DNA of 64,000 nucleotides from Podarcis erhardii (Eukaryota): NCBI GenBank assembly GCA_964252035.1, contig CAXUOO010000159.1; one strand, 5' to 3'. Shown piece by piece: positions 12,901 to 24,619 of this stretch (position 1 is its first letter; each line of letters starts with the position of its first letter). The notes under the pieces were generated by a model. It saw only the letters and a program-made list of their open reading frames with translations, ran no database searches and was not told where the DNA came from. The position numbers and the translations under genes were made by a program.

Positions 12901-13346
12901 CTAGTACTCCGTGCGATCTCTCTACACTGTGTCTGTTGTAAACAGACGAAAACACTGTCAGCGACAAATTGACCTCTCTTTTGATCAAATGGCTTTCCAG
13001 TAGCAAGCTTCAGCATGTACCGACGCCCCTTCTCTGGAGGCTACTGGCGCAAAGCAGAACTTTCGTCTGTTTCGGGGCTCATATTGGACGTTGTTCCGTA
13101 TTAGACGATCACCTCGCTCGACCGTACTCGTACATTTGCCTTCAACCTTGAATCTTTATGTATTTATGAAAAAATGTGAGCTCAAACCGACAAATACATA
13201 TAACAGCACACCGCAAATGTAGACCTGCACTAGCGAGCGAGCTTAAAATGCTTACGCATTTGTTCGGGTTCGAGATCAAAGTTTTGAAGTCTTTTCTTTC
13301 TTGCCATATTTCCCCGCGGATATCATAGTTTGCACACTAAAGTGCA

Positions 13347-14527
13347 ATGGAGCATTCGGGCCGCAGCCGGTCAGCTTCTTCACCTCCACAGTTGCCTGCT
13401 TCATATGCAGGGCAACTCTGCGCAACGCAGAATCGCACGAACTCTCCTGCAACGCAGCAGCAGCAGCAACTGCAATCACCGGTAGGGCTTTCCGCAGTGC
13501 AGCAACATCCTTCAGGATTTTCTGAGAGGATTTGCGCAGCGCAGCAGCAGCCGACTGATTTAGAACGCGTAGTCACAACCCCGTCGCAGCGTCAGGGTAC
13601 AGAAGGTCCTGTCACAGAGCAGGAGCAACGAGCTTCAACTTGCGCAGAGCAGCACAAGATACCTATTTTGGAAAGCTCCTCTGCTGTACAGCAACCGCCA
13701 CCGACTTGCGCAGCGCTGGGACATCGGCAGCTACAAGAACGCGTAGGGCGGCTAAGACATGCGGCCTCAGAGAACCTTCTTGTGCAGGAGCAGCCCGCTA
13801 GTAGAGTTAGAAGATATAGCGCAGAACAGCTTCCATCCGCCTCGGTGCAGCAGAGAGAGCAGTTCTCTGCATTATGTGGAAGACGACGCCAGCAGCATTT
13901 TCAGAGACGAGACAATGTTGCAGCAGAGACAAAGGGCGAACATGAACTCTTAGAGCGACTGGAGCATCAAGGTAAAGCAGAAGTTGCAGCTTCCCTGCAT
14001 CCGAATTGTGGGGCGCATGACCAGATTCAAAAGGAACCACGTAAGCGCTTGTCTATTGCAGAAGACACCAGCACCAGCAGCAGCATTGCGTGCAACAGCG
14101 TCGAGCAAAAGAGCGACAGGATCAAGCAACAACAGGAGAGAAGCGACGCCAGCTTTCCCCATTCTTCTACGAGAAGCAGCGGCAGCGGAAGAGCTGCCAC
14201 AACGGAGGAGAGACACAGCTTTGATGCGCCAGTGCCTACACGCACCGTTCCTGAAGTTCTCGTGAGAATGAGAAGTTGGGAAGGGAGCAGCGTTCCCAGA
14301 GCTAACAGCATGACAACACCATCATCAGCAGACGAGAAAAGAGTGGTGACTGCATCCCGGGCTGCAACGGCGCAGACAGCTGCGAATAGCAGGAGGGCCG
14401 ATTCTGTACACGGAGGGGGAGACGGCCGACAAGAGAGAGTGGCAGGCACTGTTGGTATAGCTGTTGAAAAATGTGCGCGCTACCCGCGACTGCGACGTAT
14501 GAAACTGCAATTTTATAAGACAAAGAT
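13347..14527 (+). CDS. Exon 1 of a CCCH zinc-finger, glutamine-rich putative RNA-binding protein
   Basis: 394-aa low-complexity ORF ending RMKLQFYKTKM, the typical lead-in of an apicomplexan CCCH finger. Donor AAGAT|gtaagc at 14527/14528 (phase 2) joins exon 2. Confidence 0.85.
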
Positions 14528-14704
14528 GTAAGCTAGATCAAAAGGCATCAGCAGGAGTTGGTAAAACAGCAGTAGCAAGAGATTTTGAAAAATAGACAGC
14601 AGAAGCTCATAGAAGTCTAGTATTGCGAGCAAGTTTGCACGCTACGGCAGACAGGCAAAGTAGCAGACGCGTACATTTATATATACATATGGTCTCAAGT
14701 GAAA

Positions 14705-14995
14705 AAAGGAATGTAGTGCGTTCAGGGCATTCCTGAAAGACATAAAAACTCCTTATGAGAGTGTACACAGGTATTAACTTTTGTACATGTACCAATGCCA
14801 CATAGCGATCTCATGAGGAAAGTCTTCATGTATATATATACATATATATCATATATATATATATATATAAACGTGTAGTGCGTCCAGGGCATTCCTGAAG
14901 GACATAACAACTCCTTATAAATGTGTACACAGGTACAAACATGTATGTGTAACAATGTCACATAAGAACCTCATGAAGAAAGTTTTTAACGTATA
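14705..14995. repeat. Intronic direct repeat: two ~120-bp copies separated by a (TA)n tract
   Basis: TGTAGTGCGT(T/C)CAGGGCATTCCTGAA...ACTCCTTAT...GTGTACACAGGTA...CACATA...TCATGA(G/A)GAAAGT occurs at ~14711 and ~14874. Confidence 0.85.
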
Positions 14996-15001
14996 AGTTA
15001 A

Positions 15002-15039
<38 letters not shown>

Positions 15040-15532
15040 ATGTGTATATGAGTGTGTTGTAGGGTTGATGATACAACCGTAGGTACGAAAGATACAATCC
15101 CGTTTGAAGGTAAAAAAATGCACCCTCTGAACCCATTGTTATAATTGTCTTTGTGATTTCAGTTGTGCAAAAGCACTCATATTTAAGTGTATATATATAT
15201 CCGTATGCGTTTATATATATCTATATGCCTGTATACATGTTACAATATCCTCATAAGTGCCGATTTTCTGACACCTACCTGCACGCACAATTTTGTCTTC
15301 CTATGTGCAAACGCGGCTTCTGAAACATGCAAAGAATTAGATGGGCAAAAGGTGGGCGAACGTAAAATCGTGAATTCAATTTCTATACAGACAATGTAGG
15401 ATTGTAGATGTGTCTACATCTCAGTCGGTAACATATATAAAGGTAACAATTTTTTGTAAGACTGCCGAGTATACACACGTAAATATGTATGTAACAAAGA
15501 ATAACTATATCTCAAGGTGAGATGCATGAGCT

Positions 15533-15581
<49 letters not shown>

Positions 15582-16415
15582 AATTTATATTTATTTAATT
15601 ATTTACTTATTCAACTACATGTATATGTCTCGACAAGTACCGATTTAAAATTTAGATTATCGAGTTTTTGAAAGGTGCCAGTCACGTTGGAGTTTAAATT
15701 CCTTGCAGAGGGGCACCAACTAGAATAGGGAGAGGATTCTGATGGAATTCCTACTATTTTTATCATTCTGTGTTATCCCACTTCCAGTTAGGGTTTCAGC
15801 GGTAATACATCCCGGTCAGGTGTATCACTCTTTTCTTTGTGAACACAAAAATTGGCAGAAACCTCATGTCTGTATTCTGTTTCAAAAGGATAGGGAGCAT
15901 TCGTTTCTACCTTATCGGTTAAAACTTCGGCCCGAATGGCAGCAGCCATTCACACTCGTAGTCAAACTGATCACAAGGTGATACAAATTACATGTCGTAA
16001 TTAATACAACTGAAAAAGCACGTGCGCTCTGTAGTGAATGCAGCTTATATGTCTGTGTGTCCGACCGCCTGTAGCAAACGTAAAGAATAACTCATATATA
16101 TAATTTTTAAGAAATGTATACACTATGTATATAAAACCACAGTCATTTTTTTGCGGTATTATTCCTTGCGTTAGGTCAGTATTTTTAAATTCACCAGACG
16201 ACAACTTATCACATTTGAATTCTGGGCAACTGCGCTTGCAATCTAGCTACAATTAAGCAAGGAATAAGTGGAAGAAAACAGTAATACGCATTTACAGTTT
16301 TGCGTATAAGGACGTCTGTGTTCGATCTATGCATATATCTCAGTGTGTAACTTTGATAAACGACGGTGTGTGATTACACGCACATACAAGTTGCGTCAAG
16401 CTTGTGAGTACATAC

Positions 16416-16468
<53 letters not shown>

Positions 16469-16676
16469 TAAGCGGAATTCGGGTCTTTCGTGTTGCAGCG
16501 TTTTGAATTTCGTATGTATTTCGGCTCTACGACTTCAACGTACGCCAAACCTAGAAATTCTGATGCCATGTGCACTAGAAAATAGCTAACGCGTAATACA
16601 AGTTGAAATATGTGAGCATACTATGTATATGTATACATTTATATATATATATCATGTTTCGAGATGAAGTGTGCTA

Positions 16677-16678
<2 letters not shown>

Positions 16679-16750
<72 letters not shown>
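16679..16750. repeat. (TA)n microsatellite, ~72 bp, in CCCH intron 1
   Basis: Perfect TA run. Similar runs at ~4505, 15005, 15535, 16419, 33424, 34056, 34563, 39405, 46212, 50418, 57608, 58707 and 59118. Confidence 0.95.
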
Positions 16751-16753
<3 letters not shown>

Positions 16754-17550
16754 GCGGCTGCTACTCTAGTTGATGGAAAGAAACTGCTCTGCGTAATCAT
16801 GCGAGTTCGGCTGAGTCTGTATATCTCCGCCACTGAGTAGTTGCGCGAGTGCATGCGTGAACATGAACACCGAGGTTTTTGAAACTCTCTAAAAAATGCG
16901 TCGGAATTCCATACGGAAAATAGGGGTCTGAGCATACAGCTAGACAAGTTCATAAGGGTGTCTTGGTGTCTTCGTTCGTTAGATTATCTGCAGTGTTGCA
17001 ATCTACGCTTAACCTAGCATTTGCATTTTTCGACACGGTGCATATATGTGCGCCTAGAAGCTCTGAACATTCTCAAAGAAATACGTGCCGATTTTGGTGT
17101 GTAGTGCGAGCATGAAGAGAACTACGTATAGACATAACGTCTGATATCTGTCTTTTTCAAAGGCAAGAAAGAACATTTATTCATTCCAGGGGATGATGGT
17201 GTAAATTACTATATATTCAGCCATCTTTTGCATGAAATGTATGGAATCAAGGTAGTTTAGCTCAGACAATTCGTTTTGCTATAGTCTGCCCTAAAATGGC
17301 ACTGTAGTATATGAAGGTTTCTAAAACTGAGCTTGTGTGCTCGTATTGTGTACACAAATGGGCATGGTCTGAATTTCCTGTCACACTGTTATAGTGCAAC
17401 AAAGACACTCATTCCACACATAATTAGAGAAAAACATATTTTCTCGAGTTGTTTTTATGTATCTTTGTGTGATGAAAATCGGTTACACCAATTTTTAACT
17501 TCGCTCGTTGCTCTAGTTCAGTTTTACTTACGAGGGTATTTTTTCTACAG

Positions 17551-17674
17551 GTGCCCCTGGCTAGCTCAAAGGCGATGTGTGCGAGGTCAGCGTTGCCAAT
17601 ACGCTCATTCTGAAAGCGAGCTTTGCCCTCTACCCAATCTTTTGAAGACAAGCCTTTGCGAAATGCACGCAAGT
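17551..17674 (+). CDS. Exon 2 of the CCCH protein (finger 1 and start of finger 2)
   Basis: Acceptor ttttctacag|G and donor AGT|gtaagg. Spliced reading (M)CPWLAQRRCVRGQRCQYAHSESELCPLPNLLKTSLCEMHAS has C-x7-C-x5-C-x3-H. Confidence 0.88.
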
Positions 17675-18323
17675 GTAAGGGTTATGATTACGTGGTTGTG
17701 CATGCTCCAGTACAAAGTTGCGTATGCCCACCTAGATAGTGTATCAGAAATGTTTGATCTAATTCTACGGAAAGAGGGTGTTTTATGTGGAAAATGTTGT
17801 ACTACGAGAAGCGCACAACCTTATACACGTGTATACTTGTCACCTGAGAGGATGCATATATAAATAGGTATATGTTTTCGCGTTTTTACTGTACGCGTAT
17901 ACCAAAGCACATATTCGACGTGATCTGCGATGCAGCGCTGCTTTCTCAGTGTGGAAAAGTGTGTGCTCAACACACGACTACAGTTGCTTGACTACAGCGA
18001 GGCCCTCTCGCGCTAAGGAGTGTATTACCTGATTATATATCATTGACTTTGGTTCTGCGAATGCTGATGCAGCTGCTCCACATTCTTGATATTTCGGGTT
18101 CCTCATATCCATTGTGGGTGCTTTTGTAGCTGCAGTTGCTCTACTTAGGCCGTATATGTCCTACTCGTCTTTCTAATAAAGCTCGGATTCGCCGTCTTTG
18201 CCTCTTTCTCGTAGATGCGTTGCACAGACGTTTTTTTTCTTACTAGCTGTTGCCGCTGCTGTAGTCTACTGTGGATCTACGTGCGGCCTGATGTTACTGC
18301 TATGGCTTGATGTCAACCTACAG

Positions 18324-18394
18324 AGCAACGGCTGTCACTTCTCGGCTCAGGACTGCCGCTACGCTCATTCGATGGAGGAGTTGCGCTCGACTGA
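18324..18394 (+). CDS. Exon 3 of the CCCH protein (end of finger 2)
   Basis: Acceptor acctacag|AGC and donor GA|gtaagt. SNGCHFSAQDCRYAHSMEELRSTE completes C-x8-C-x6-C-x3-H with exon 2; phases match on both sides. Confidence 0.87.
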
Positions 18395-20201
18395 GTAAGT
18401 CTGTTGCTGCTGGCATATTCGACTGCTGTCGCAGATGTAAACTCTGCTGCTGTAGTCGCTGCTGTATTGAAGGGTAAAGTTCACAGCTGCAGCAATCGTT
18501 GCTGCTTACACAATCGCTGTCTCCACTACAAATTGTGTTACTACCGTTGTCTACTTCAATGCAGAAAAGCAGCTGCGCTTTTGCTGCTTTTCAAACTTTG
18601 ACAACCACCTGCTTCTGTCTGTTGCGCGGCCGCCACATCCGCTGCTGGTGCGGCTGGTAGCCATTGTAGGAACTATTGGTTGCTTTGGTTGTGGCTGCTG
18701 CAAAACAAAGTATTTGCTGTTATGCTGCTTTCGCTTATGCTGCTGCACGTGGGCTCGCCAGCATTGCTGTCTTCAAATACAACTGCTTCTGTGCTCTGTG
18801 ATATATATGTATACGTAAAATATTCGTATATATTTCTATGGACTTTACCAAGCCTTACTGAAATGAAAAAATGTAGGTGACCTGTACTTTTCTTTACCAT
18901 ACCCAATGGACATACAAAAATAAACCTCCAGTGGTGTAATTGCTTTTCAGTACAAATAAATAAGCATACTACACTGTCTATCCATCGAGTGAACGCTCCA
19001 GTTATTCCAATCTGTTTCTGCTTGATTGATCTTCTTGTGCCTTCTACCCTCTTTCCTACACCTTTCATCGTCATTAAGGCCTTCTGTCTAATTGTCATTT
19101 TGCCCATTGAAGTCATTCTGGCTTTATACTATGCTACTGCTGACGCTCCGTACCTCCGTCTTCTCTCATATTATTTGTTGCTGTGGTTGCTGATCTTTCC
19201 ATGGCTCTTCCTTCCTCGATTGAGTTGGTGCCTTCGCTGCTGCTACCGCCGCTGTTGCTGCTGCTATTGTAATTCACTGTGTCGATAGTACTGCGCTCCG
19301 CTCTGCACCAAACGTTAGTGTGGGCTTGGGCTCCACACCTATTGCTGCGGCCGGTGAACTGGTCTTGGTTTCTCAGGCTTTCAGGTAGCTTGCTCATTTA
19401 TATTAGAGAAATATATGTATACATACATATACTTATGAATAACTATACAGACGTAAGTAAGTGAAGCGCGGGCGTCTTTTCGCACATGCAATCTTATGTG
19501 TATGAGACACGTATCATTTCCCCCCTTTACCGTGAGTCAATCTAGATGCATTTGAAATGAGTTTGTAACCTTCCGTTTTATCGAGCATGAAAAGACCTAG
19601 AAATAAAGAAGACATTAACGAATTCGCTGCAATCAGGCTGCTGACATACGTGCACGTACTGCTTTTGCGGCTGAAGCGGCTTTCGAAAAATAGTTGCAAT
19701 CATTGTACAATATGTTGTGTATCATTCAGTGCTACCGCGAGTGCTCATTCCGTGCAGCACCAAATCACGCTGCTGCCGACTGTGCCATTGTAAGTTATAT
19801 AGCTGGTACTGCTCTGACGTTTTGCTCGTGTCACGGCTGCCTTGCCTGCTGCCACGACCTGTATGTGATATCTACATATTGGAAACTTCTACATAACACA
19901 TGTACAACGAAAAAGATGATTTATGTATATACTAGTTTAGACAGAAAAATATAGAATTTAAACATGTCCATGTGTCGCTACATAGATATATCTATATATA
20001 TATACATATACATATGTACAGTGTAGATATTTTAGTAATAGACGTATGCATGTGTAGTATCTACGTATATAGGGATTCCTTGAAGAACCTGTGCTAAATG
20101 AGAAATTGGCAATTAAAATCTTTTACAGTCTTTGAAGGTGCACTTACCTTGGATTACAAAAATCGATAGCGCTGCTTTGACTCTTTGTGCTGCTGTTGCA
20201 G

Positions 20202-22095
20202 GGTGTTTGCACGCAGTAAGATGTGTCCGTCGCTGTTGCATGGACACGCGTGCCGCGCAAATGGAAATTGTCGCTTCGCTCACTCTTCAATGGATTTGCG
20301 CCAAGCTTCTGTTTTCACTGCTCTCTTTCTTCAGCGTCAGCGGCATCAGCAGCAGTCTCAACAGCCTCAACAGCAGCAGCCCCAAACTCACCAGTCACGG
20401 CCGCACTACCTGCAACTTTCACAGGAGAAGGAGGAGGAGAAGCAGCAGCAGCAGCTTGTGCGGAAGCAGCAACTACAGCAGAACTCTCAAAGATCGCAAC
20501 CCTCGTACAGACAGCTTCAGCAACGGGGTATCTCCCTGTACCGCCAACAGCAACTGCATCAGCAGCAACAATTGCAGCAGCAGCAGCATCAGGAGAATCA
20601 GCAACAGCAATTGCTGCAGCAGTATCAGCAACTACAAGATCAGCAAGTGCAACTGCGGCAACAGCAGCACCTTCTCAACCCTTCTCCTCACCCACTGCGC
20701 TTCACGTCGTTTCAGCAGCCAGAGCTATTCCAGCAGCAGCAGTTATATCAGCAGCACCTGCACCACCATCAACAGCTGCAGCAGCAACAGATGGAACAGC
20801 AGCATCAACTGCGTCAACAGCAGGAATTGCACCACCGCCAGCAACTGCATCAGCAGCAAATGCTGCATCAGTATGAACTGCTTCATCAGCAGCAGCTGCA
20901 TCTGGGTGAACAGCTGCATCCGCGACAACAGGTGTACCCGGAGCAGCAGCAGCAGTACTTGCAGCAACAGCAGCAGTATCTGCAGCAACAGCAGCAGTAT
21001 TTACAACAGCAACAGCAGCCGTACTTGCAGCAACAGCAGCAGTTCTCGCAGCAGCGAGAATCCCATCTTCTCCCGGAGCAGCCTCACCCGCAGCAAATGA
21101 TGCATTTGCTGCATGAGCTTCCTAGCCAGCAATTGAGGGAGCACCAACAGCAGGACCTGCAGCAACCGGAGGAAGCACAGCAGCAGCAACGACCTCAAAG
21201 GCATTCACTTACTTCCCTGCTCAGCTCTCAACGGAGCTCATCCTTGGAGGTGCTGCCATCTTCCATGCAGCGACAGCAACAGCAACAGTTGCTAATGTAT
21301 TCTTGTCATCATCAGCAGCTGATGCTGGCGCCTGGCGACAGGCCCCAGCAAGGACATCCCATAGATCAGCAACGACAGCAGCACAGAAGACAGGACTGCC
21401 AGGCTGCCCAGCAGCAGCAGAAAGAGCAAGCACCTGCGTTGCCTTCCTCGCCCCCTGAGAGAGCCAGACGCAGAGCAGCAACCACTTTGTCGAGCAGCAG
21501 TCGAAGCATATACCACAGAAATATTACCGGCGACAATTGCAGACGCAGAAGCAGTAGCGACAGCCGCTTTGCAAGTCTCATTCCTGCTAATACTAGCGGA
21601 AACAGGAGGAGTGCTTGTGAACATTTGTCTGCACGGGGGAATCCAGACACGCAGCAGTACTTTCTGCGACGCGAGCCACAGCAGCACCAGCAACAGCAGC
21701 TCCAAAAGCAACAGCCAGAGCATGAAGAGCAAGTACGCCTGTCACACGTGCAACACACGAATCAAGAAGGTGGCAGACAGCGAAATAGGCAACAGCATCA
21801 GCAGCAGCAGAGGGGAAGACGGCAAGACACTGAACCATCGCTGCAGCTGCCTCGGCAACCAGATGCAATTCCTTCCACCGCTGTAGCACGGACTGGAGAC
21901 AGTACGGTGCCTTCATCAGCAGCAAGGGCCAAGGTGGAGGAAAGCGTCACCTCTGACCGGCCTAGGCCACAGCAACAGCAGCAGCGTCTTCGCTTGCAGC
22001 CGCAAAGCCGAGAGAGTGCTAGAGCGCGGGCGGGAAATCAGCAGCAGCAGCAGCTCTACTTCACTAACCCAAATGGCCAGTATCAGCAATGGTAG
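20202..22095 (+). CDS. Exon 4 of the CCCH protein (finger 3 plus long poly-Q/His region)
   Basis: Acceptor gctgttgcag|G in phase 2. (E)VFARSKMCPSLLHGHACRANGNCRFAHSSMDLR has C-x8-C-x5-C-x3-H, followed by CAG/CAA poly-Q. The 3' end is uncertain (first stop at 22093-22095). Confidence 0.85.
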
Positions 22096-22176
22096 CCATG
22101 ATCATGACACCCCATTGGCCTCCGAGCAGCAGCCTCCTCATCAATCTGTGCCTACTAATGCGTCAGCTGCTAGTAG

Positions 22177-23886
22177 TTCCGCGCAACAAGCGCAAGAGGA
22201 AGTAGACGAGCAGGAGCCGCTGCAGCATCTTGCCACTCTGAAGTCTCAGCGAGGCTTGCAGGTCCTGGCGTATCACCATTCTGGAGCGGCAGCAACAGGG
22301 AGGAAAGCGAAAACACTAATGGATGCGTATATGCCAGAGGAAGACAAGCAGCGGCATATCCAGGTTACAATACTTACCCTTTTTCTGATGCGCAGCAGCA
22401 GCCCTATCGCATGGAGCACCAGCATCCTCAAGCATTGCTGCCATCACCCATCCCACTGATTTTGCCTCAACAACGTCTTTCACAATACTCCGCAGCAGGT
22501 GGGACAGCAACGCAACCCCAACTCTCCACCTCAGTGCAGCCCTTCCTGGACCAGCAGTATCAATTCTATCGCCAGCTCCACGCGCAGCAATTTCAACAGC
22601 CAATGCCTCCGCCTCCCTTTCCTCCCCTACCCCCGCATACTGGTTACAGTCCATATCCACCTCTAGAACCTATGCCGCACGCCTATGTATATCCGCTGCT
22701 TCCTGAGGCTTGCTTCGCAGCTTCACAAGGGCAGCAAGAGAACGTGCAGCAGGAGCACATGCAACAGCACCAGGTATACTTGCAAAACGCACGGAACTTG
22801 TTGCAGCAGCAGCACCCTGCACAACTCGATATGGCTCATCCCATGTCCTATCTGCAGCGCCCTTCCCAAGAAGGAGTGCAGCTGCATGAGCTGCAGCAGC
22901 ACCAGCAGCGTGTGCAGCATCAGCAGGCGCAGCAGCACGCAGAGTTGCAGCAACGTTCCACGCTGAGAGGCGGACAGCAGCAACAGCCGCAGCAGTCTAG
23001 TCCCCAGCGGCAAATGCAGTCGCAGCGTGTGGGATCTCACGACTCATTCATATACAGTTCTGTTCGCGTGGTGCTATCTGCGGGACGTAGAGGGCGGAGC
23101 AGCAGAAATCAATCGTGTGGACATATGGAACGGCGTGAAGTTGCTGTGATGATGGGAGCTGGAGAGACTACGGCAGATGGTGTTCGCTTGCCAGCCTACC
23201 CCGCCGAAGAGAGGTCCGTACAAGTGGAGTCTGTATTGGCGATGCGAACGCAGACAGCCGGGGACCAGCGGCAGCAGACACAGCAGGCTTGTACGTCAGC
23301 ACAACAACAGCAGCAGCAGCAAGTGCAAGATATCGACCGCCCCCCGAGAAATCAGGTGCTGCAGAGACGTATAGAGCGGCAACGACGTCCGCTAGAACTG
23401 TTGCAGCAGCAACAAGAAGAGGAAGCAGAGCAGCAGCACCAAGAAGAGGAAGCAGAGCAGCAGCAACAAGAAGAGGAAGCCGAGCAGCAGCAACAAGAAG
23501 AGGAAGCCGAGCAGCAGCAACAAGAAGAGGAAGCCGAGCAGCAGCAACAAGAAGAGGAAGCAGAACAGCAGCAACAGCGGCAGCAGCAACTGATGTGTGA
23601 CTCCCAGCCCAGTTCCCACTCCGGCCCTATTTTGGTAAACAGTGGGAACGGTGTGAGGCACAGCGTTACTGCGTTGCCAAGAAATCCACCTACAGTAGGT
23701 TGGACAGAGCGCTATACACCATACCCCTCTTTTCCGCATTCGCATCAGTTCAGCCCAGGAGTGCCTCTTCCAATGCGTGGGGCGTTGTGCTGCTGCTGCT
23801 GCTGCACAGATGCTGCTGCGGCCGCTGCCACTGCTGCAGCAACTAATGCAGCTGGCAGAGTGCAGCAGCACAGTCGCCAGAATTAA
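22177..23886 (+). CDS. Q/P-rich ORF, probable continuation of the CCCH gene or a separate hypothetical protein
   Basis: Same frame as exon 4, open from 22177 (first ATG 22411) to TAA 23886. CAG-in-frame poly-Q, a poly-Pro segment and QQQQEEEAE repeats. Confidence 0.6.
   Translation, partial: FRATSARGSRRAGAAAASCHSEVSARLAGPGVSPFWSGSNREESENTNGCVYARGRQAAAYPGYNTYPFSDAQQQPYRMEHQHPQALLPSPIPLILPQQRLSQYSAAGGTATQPQLSTSVQPFLDQQYQFYRQLHAQQFQQPMPPPPFPPLPPHTGYSPYPPLEPMPHAYVYPLLPEACFAASQGQQENVQQEHMQQHQVYLQNARNLLQQQHPAQLDMAHPMSYLQRPSQEGVQLHELQQHQQRVQHQQAQQHAELQQRSTLRGGQQQQPQQSSPQRQMQSQRVGSHDSFIYSSVRVVLSAGRRGRSSRNQSCGHMERREVAVMMGAGETTADGVRLPAYPAEERSVQVESVLAMRTQTAGDQRQQTQQACTSAQQQQQQQVQDIDRPPRNQVLQRRIERQRRPLELLQQQQEEEAEQQHQEEEAEQQQQEEEAEQQQQEEEAEQQQQEEEAEQQQQEEEAEQQQQRQQQLMCDSQPSSHSGPILVNSGNGVRHSVTALPRNPPTVGWTERYTPYPSFPHSHQFSPGVPLPMRGALCCCCCCTDAAAAAATAAATNAAGRVQQHSRQN
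23404..23577 (+). repeat. Coding minisatellite: six copies of 27 bp (CAGCAGCAACAAGAAGAGGAAGC(A/C)GAG = QQQQEEEAE)
   Basis: Copies start at 23404, 23431, 23458, 23485, 23512 and 23539. Confidence 0.93.
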
Positions 23887-24619
23887 GTGAATCATCCTGG
23901 TGCCGGTGACTTCACCGCATCCTTACTCAAGCAGTAACTGAGATAAACACTGGAGTATTGAAAACATCTAGGCGCAGTTGCTCCCCTCTATGCCACCGTA
24001 TTGTGGGTCGTCCTGCTCGCAGAGCTGCCTCACTTGCTCTCCTTCGAATTCTGTTGCAGCTGCTGATGGTGATGCTGCTGCTGCTGCTGCGCTTGGAAGC
24101 ATTCTGCCATATCCCATTGAAAAAATGTTTCACACAATGTAAAAGCGACATATATAGTTGCCAATGAGTTTGCTCGCGCCGACAGCACACCTCAGCAATT
24201 GAAGCACCAGCTGCACAAGTAGAAATATAAAAAGCGTCCAAGCAGCGTTGTCAGAGGTCACTATATAAGTACTCGCTTCACAGCAGCTCAACTAATCTTT
24301 GCAAGTGTGCAGCCGGGGCAGCGGCGAAACGAGAAGCTGCCTGTGCAGTTGTTGTGAGGGCGAACTGGCAGGCAGTTGTTGCGGAAAGCTGATGTGTAAT
24401 GCAATAAAGATTACTGTAATTTTGCAAAGAAGAAGTGGCTACACTGCCTGTCGGATTAGCAGCAACAGCAGTAGAGCAAGGGCAGTATCCTGGAATAGTG
24501 AGCATGCACAGGAGGATCCAGCTGCATAACAGCAAAAAGGGATTGATTAAAAAAAATGAGATGCATAATGAGTATAGGAGAGTAGCAATCCAAGCAACGT
24601 ATAGCTATGCGTCCTTAGA

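Noticed and set aside
13225-13285. tRNA-like boxes (TAGCGAGCG... and GGTTCGAGA)
   Set aside because: A-box to B-box spacing is about 8 nt too short, and neither the T-stem nor the acceptor stem can pair.
15063-15109. Possible cassette exon in CCCH intron 1 (ag|GGTTGATG...GAAG|gtaaaa)
   Set aside because: 47 nt would shift the frame and destroy finger 1; the direct 14527/17551 junction already yields a perfect CCCH motif.
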